Shown here: in pieces, positions 57,539 to 64,000 of the stretch
Position numbering within the stretch: position 1 is the first letter of the stretch
Layout of the letters: every line of letters begins with the position of its first letter
NCBI GenBank assembly: GCA_964016885.1
Contig: OZ024761.1
Location: forward strand, 25,234,001-25,298,000
Direction of reading: 5' to 3'
DNA: 64,000 nucleotides
Origin: Eledone cirrhosa
Lineage: Eukaryota
The notes under the pieces: model-generated
Databases searched by the model: none
What the model saw: only the letters and a program-made list of their open reading frames with translations
What the model was told of the DNA's origin: nothing
Program-made: the position numbers and the translations under genes

Positions 57539-58241
57539 TATACATATATTTATATCTGTATTTTTAACCATTGGTCAATCAATGAAAAACATTGATTGCC
57601 AAATAAATTAACTATGGAGATATAAATGATACAGAAGCGAAAACCAACCAAACAGTGAGTGTGTTCTGTTATTATTTCTGGCAATATTATTACAACAATA
57701 TGACCCTCTCCAAGTATAACAATACATATATATATATATATATATGTAAATATGATAATAATGGAGCTGCGGCGCTGTAAATGGGTTACATATGAAAAAG
57801 TTTGTCCTCATCAGTGGCCATCCAACCGTCGTAGGCCTTTCTTCGCATTAAAGGCCATATACCTCAGGTTGGTGCGAGCAACGGCTAAAAAAAAGTCGTT
57901 GGGACACGTAAATAAGGGGGACGCTAGGGTAAACGAACAAAATGGTTTAAGCAGCAGAAAGTGATGAAGAAGGAAACAGGTCCCAGATTTCTATGAATAT
58001 AAATTCGGTGGAATCGTGAACGAGAGAATAAAGACCATCAAACCTGGTTGAAATGTGAGCAAGGAAGGAATTTCGCACAGGTCTAACGGGAGGAAGAAGG
58101 GGTCTGGTCTGCGAATTCGGTAAACATAAGTTCTATACTTGGGGAGGGTCATATTTTTGTAATATTGCCAGGATTAATAACAGAACTCACTCACTGTTTG
58201 CTTGGTTTTCGCTTTTATATATATATATTCAAAGCAACAAT

Positions 58242-58272
<31 letters not shown>

Positions 58273-58667
58273 TCAAAGCAACAAATATATATATATATAT
58301 AAAGATATATATATATATATACACACATATGTACAAACATACACACACATATACGTGCACACACACTCGCGTGTGTGTGTGTAGGACATGAAGTTTGACA
58401 ATGACGAGAAGAAGTGGCATTTGTTCCTAGCTGTTTGTTAACAAGCTGTGAATTGTGAAAGGTTTGTAGAAATATCGAAATCAAATAAAAAACTTAGGAA
58501 CAGATATTGAAAACCATACATACTTCAGTTAATACTGACTCATACTGAGACATTCACACATGTTTTTGTGTATGAGGTTATGTATGCCTGTATGCAGATT
58601 TGACATAAATATATACATTTATATATACACACACACACACATATTGATGTATACATATGTATGTATT

Positions 58668-58718
<51 letters not shown>

Positions 58719-58724
58719 ATATAT

Positions 58725-58778
<54 letters not shown>

Positions 58779-58939
58779 GTATTGGTGTAAATACGCACAG
58801 ACACTATATATATATTATAAAAGCATAGACACACAAACACAATGCAATATATATACTTTTTTTTTTGCATCTGTATCTATTTATCTATCTATTTATCTAT
58901 ATATCTATTTATCTATCTATCTTTTTATTATTATATTAT

Positions 58940-59030
58940 TATTATGCCTTTTTCTTTACTCGCATTTATGTAAACTTCCCCCTGTTTATTTGTCCCTTTC
59001 TCTTGTGCCCTAGTGGCAAATAAAGAAATA
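58940..59030 (+). mobile_element. Short 3'-end fragment of the Tx1-like LINE
   Basis: TTGTCCCTTTCTCTTGT..CCCTAGTGGCAAATAAAGAAATA matches 50745-50787. Confidence 0.65.
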
Positions 59031-59744
59031 TATCTATCTATCTATCTATTCATCTATCTATATATATATCTATTCATCTATCTATTCATTTATCTATTTA
59101 TCTATCTATCTGTATATGATAAACATTAAAACTAACTCAACTTGATTTTACGACGTACATAACATCCATCAAAACGACCATACACGACATTAAAATGGAG
59201 TATTTTTACCGTTGACGAGTAACAGAGAGAGACCTTAAGAGATCCAGTTTATAATAAATGCCACTGTAAATCTCATTTGATACATTTGTATATTGGGACA
59301 GTTTTATGTTGGTACGAGTTATCTTTTCCTTACTACACCAGAAGAGAACGTGTACGAAGTTAGTGTACGACTAAAGAAAATAAATATTTTCTTTAATGAT
59401 AACATACAGCTTTTGCATTATATTTTTATGATTTGTTTTAGCTACTATTCTATCCGAAAATCTGTATGTTGTCAATTTATTTTGAAAGATAAATAATATT
59501 TCTTAAGCAAAAAGACATGTTGCATAGTATATTCCTATGTTTACGAGTTATATGTTCCTACTACACAAATATAAAGGTGAATGTGTAGTGCTTAGAGACT
59601 CTCAGGCGATTTAGACAGCAGAAGTTCTCCAGAGAAGTAACACCACTAAAACAACTGTTTTAACCGTGAATATTTGATAAAAAATGTAGCTCGCACATAT
59701 TTTTCCGTTATCTTTTTAGCTAGTCTATCTACACTAACGTCTGC

Positions 59745-60017
59745 CTTAAGCTAGAAGGCTCGTTAGGCTGGTGCTTACCGCCGGTTTAAGTCGCGAAGCG
59801 ACTGAGTGTGCAAGGCTTTTCCCTGGACAGGACGCCATTCCATCACAGGGTTAAACACGCAGTTATAGGTGATACTCATTATCATCTGAGTATACTGGAG
59901 CAACGTGAAATGAAGTGTTTTGATCAAGAACACAACACACAACCCAGACTAGGAATCGAACCCATGACATTATGATCGTACGTGCAACACCCTTATCACT
60001 AAGCCATTCGCCTTCAT
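59745..60017 (-). mobile_element. tRNA-derived CORE-type SINE, near full length
   Basis: Minus strand TGAAGGCGAATGGCTTAGTGATAAG (A box), GGTTCGATTCC (B box), TGTTCTTGATCAAAACACTTCATTTCACGTTGCTCCAG; homologous to 33715-33840. Confidence 0.8.
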
Positions 60018-60232
60018 CGTGTAGGGTCTCCTATTAATCTTTTAGCTAGTATTCAAATCAAAATCGGTATATCGTCAGTGCATTTTTAAGGATAGATACT
60101 GAATACTTCTCGATAAAATAATCTTGCATATAAATCTCGTTGCTTTAGGAATTATCTTTCCTTACTACGGGAATATAAGGCGATTGGATTGATGTGCTTC
60201 ATTGCTAGTCAAATATATTACGGCGAGACTTG

Positions 60233-60296
<64 letters not shown>

Positions 60297-60390
60297 CGGG
60301 GTAACAAATAATAGTTATATGCAGTCTACTTAGGTGTAGTCCAGTTATGGTATTCCGGGTAGTGGATGATATCAACGCTTGGCTTGGTTT

Positions 60391-60601
60391 CCAGTACATT
60401 ACTGGTACTTTATTTTATCGACCCCGTAAGGATGAAAGGCAAAGTCAACCTCGGCGGGATTTGAACTCAGATCGTAAAGGGACGTAACTATGCTGGAAAG
60501 CATGGCATCCGACCTTCTACCGATACTGCCAATCCGTACTTATATATATGAAATAATTGTTTCTACTTTAGGCACAAGGCCAGCAATTACCCAGTGTATT
60601 A
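60391..60601 (-). mobile_element. Main-family SINE pieces: head plus core (60391-60535) and tail (60556-60601)
   Basis: Both pieces match the consensus but are in permuted order. Confidence 0.85.
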
Positions 60602-60636
60602 CGGAAGACGGGATTAAATCTCCCTAATTGTTTATT

Positions 60637-60687
60637 GCATGATATATATTTCTATTACATGGTTAATCATGTGACTTCGTCAGATTC
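60637..60687 (-). ncRNA. Hammerhead motif, family C
   Basis: Minus strand GAAT-CTGACGA-AGTCACATG ATTAAC CATGTAATA-GAAA-TATATA-TC-ATGC; NUH = AUC. The paralogue at 22504-22550 has a perfect GCAT/ATGC stem I but has lost GAAA. Confidence 0.6.
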
Positions 60688-60995
60688 TTACGCAACCATA
60701 AGTGTAGTTGTGCAATGATTGTGATATGCCGGTGGCCACGCACTTCATGGCGAGATAGATATGCATCGCCAAGAATACACATGCATAACCATGTAACAGA
60801 AATGTATATCATGCAATAAACAATTATGGTGAAATACTCCCGCCTCCACTACTAATATTTGATATATGAATTCTCCGTCACTCCTAATCACCCACCTGGT
60901 ATGAAGAACTGACGTGGAGTGCTTTGTTTGGCTCGGACCTACCTATCCTCGGAAAGTTACAACGTAACAACTAAGATAACACTCTTCAGCAACTT

Positions 60996-61026
<31 letters not shown>

Positions 61027-61324
61027 GTACATATATATACACTCAAATGTACATATATATATATACACTCATATGTACATATATATATATACACTCATAT
61101 GTACATATATATACACTCACATATACATATATATACACTCGCATATATACACTCACATGTACATATATATACACTCACATGTACATATATATACACTCAC
61201 AAGTACATATGTATACACACACACATATATATACACTAACACATATACACACATACATACATACACACACACACACATACAAATATACACGTATACACAC
61301 ACACATATACACACACACACACAC

Positions 61325-61394
<70 letters not shown>

Positions 61395-62416
61395 CATATG
61401 TCATAGTACTGTAGTGAATTTATAATAAATAATCTCTTAATATTTAAAATATACAACGACTATAATAGCTCCATTTAGAAAATATATTCACTTCATTGGA
61501 TATACAAATAAATGTGAATAATTCAATAGCAATCTTTTAATCTACGCAATAACTTAAATATATTTGATAAAATATACATTCTCTTTATGTTCTAACTCCA
61601 TTAAATATGCTTATATATTTTAATATAATACCATTTCATGTAATTCGTACACAAACAGGAACCTTTTAACTGCAGGTTTATCGCATGTGAACTTTCAGAT
61701 ATAATAGTTATAATATAATATGATCTTGTATTAGTGTAATGTGTTTATTAATTGAATGCAGTTAGACGTGAACATGTCTGTGCGATGACTGCGTGGGTGC
61801 GTACATGTTGATGTGCGTATGTACTTGAGGATATATAATATATATATATATATATATAATAATAATAAAATGTGGAGATATATATATATATATATATATA
61901 GTGTCGTCAAGTATGACATTTGTAGAAAATTGTTTTCTTTTTACGAATTTCTACAAATTTCATACATGACACCATATATATGTATATTTATTTATATATA
62001 CATCTATATATATATATATAAATGGAGAGAGAATAACATATATATATATATATACGTATGTATTTACGTGCAATATGGGCGTATGTTTTTGAAGTATGTG
62101 TATATATACACACACACACACACACACACATTTGAAATCAAATAATAATAGATCATTTATTATTTATTAATGTGACGTTTGAACATAACTGCCCTCTGTA
62201 TATGATTGTGTCTGTGTGTTTATATGAGTGTATGTGTGTGGCTCTGAGCCTGTATTTTTGTATGTCTGTAGTTCATATGGTCACATGAATGCATTAATAC
62301 ACATATATACATAAGCCACACATATGCATTCATACACGTACACATTCACACGCATACTCTCCCTACTATCTTTCTCTCACACACCAACAAATACACCCAT
62401 TTATCATTTATTTATT

Positions 62417-62462
<46 letters not shown>

Positions 62463-63246
62463 CTAGCAGCAGTACCCAGCGTTGTCTGGGTACGTAAAAT
62501 AATATCTACTTTGATGAAAAGGTGTTGATCTTAGCGACTGCTTCTCGATGACTCATCTATGGCCACACACAGGCACTGCGGGGGAGGTGGTGATGACCTC
62601 TATCACTGAGAAACGCGGGTGACTGACGAAGGGGCATGCTGGGGGAGGGAGTTTCGAATTTGAACGAAATCGGTTGAAAAATGTGGGAGCTAGAGCCGAA
62701 AAGGCGGAAATTTGAGCGAAAAGGTGTTATTTTCGAATATTTAAGCGACTGTGACGCCGTTCCTCAAAAGAAAATCCAAAATGTAAACCTACTTTAAGAC
62801 GTGAAGTAATCAGATCTAGCGTAGTGTAAAATTTGAACGAAGTAGGTTGATTAATGTGGGAGCTAGAGCCGAAATTTGAGTCTGAAAGTGGTATTTTTGA
62901 ATATTTAAGCGGCTGCAACGCCGTCACTGAACAACAAATACAATATATAAAGGCATTACAGGATGTGCAATGATAAATTCTATTTTGCTTTAAAATTTGA
63001 AGGATATCGATGGCAAAATGTGGGAGCTAGAGCCAACAATCTTATTTTTCGATACCCCCCACAAAAAGGTGATTTTTATCTGCAGAATGACTCCGGAATG
63101 AAAAAAAAACCGATACGCTAATATATAGAAAACACTCCCGATGACTAATCTATGAGCCTGTAAAGATTCATGAAAATTGGCCCGAGGTGTAGGCCCCTAT
63201 AGTTAATAGACAGACACACACATGCTTAATTTTATATATATACAGA
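62463..63246 (-). mobile_element. Non-autonomous Helitron (784 bp)
   Basis: Minus strand starts A|TCTGTATATATATAAAA and ends with hairpin TACCCAG-ACAACG-CTGGGTA, a short spacer, then CTAG|T. No TSD; internal AATGTGGGAGCTAGAGCC occurs three times. Confidence 0.85.
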
Positions 63247-63772
63247 TATATATATATATATATATACATACATACACATACAATTTCATTTATACTGTGT
63301 GGTTTACCAGTGGTTAGATCTGATCAGTTAACCGTAATGTAACAATTAAAGGTATTCAACGTTATGAAAATCTTGAAATCGTCGATCTGGTATCTTGTTA
63401 TTTGGGTAGGGACGGAGTTAAATATTTATTTAAAAAACGAAAGAAAGTTTAAAAACAAAAGAAATTTACTTTTAATACTGCAAAATCGCAATACGTGTTT
63501 CCGTGACGTGGGTACATCATTACCTGACGTAAGATTCCCTAATCCTAGCAATATACACCTGATGACGGCGCCAAGTCTTGCATCTTGATCTGTTCATGTA
63601 ACTATGCCATTGAAATACTTATTGCATTAAGAGCATATTTCGAAACAGGCGTCTCTACTCTATTTACACACAAAGTATTCCTAGTATCGAGTATATTGTT
63701 GAATCATGGTCTTACTAGTTTAAACTGCTATAATCCTACTCTATCACTGTATCTCTCTATATATGTATGTGC

Positions 63773-63816
<44 letters not shown>

Positions 63817-64000
63817 GCGTGTATATATATATATATATGTTCACCCACATATATATATACGTACACACACAGGCACATGCATACATACACACACGTATAT
63901 ATATACACGTATATTTATATATATACACATTTATATATATACACACATATATATATATATACACATATATATTTATATATATACACATATATATTTATAT

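Noticed and set aside
57806-57816. CTGATGA on the minus strand as a hammerhead (similarly CTGAAGA at 10440, CTGACGA near 62623, CTGATGA near 63559)
   Set aside because: No properly placed stem II, GAAA, stem III and stem I combination could be built.
57740-58150. GC-richer island as a gene or LINE fragment
   Set aside because: No recognisable peptide motif in any frame; probably an old repeat but unassignable by eye.

Overview
AT-rich animal genomic DNA, most likely intronic or intergenic sequence from an octopod cephalopod. That assignment is inferred from the tRNA-headed SINE families and the extreme (TA)n/(CA)n microsatellite load; the species cannot be determined here. There is a 200-N scaffold gap at 44916-45115. 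No host protein-coding gene can be supported, and almost all ORF-track entries are translated microsatellite. Recognisable content: roughly 35 full or partial copies of one tRNA-derived SINE (often in tandem arrays), CORE-type SINE copies, 5'-truncated LINE fragments (one CR1-group, two RTE, two L1/Tx1-like ends), a non-autonomous Helitron, a hAT-type MITE and several minisatellites. The most interesting signal is a set of short non-coding elements sitting in (TA)n tracts, usually folded back as inverted repeats. They carry type-I hammerhead ribozyme motifs (CUGANGA / stem II / GAAA / palindromic stem III / NUH): six have an intact catalytic core, and several more are degenerate or halved. This matches Penelope-like-element pLTR remnants or retrozyme-like elements. 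A second notable signal is a Tx1-like LINE 3' end found twice inside (TATC)n. All structures were read by eye and no activity has been tested.
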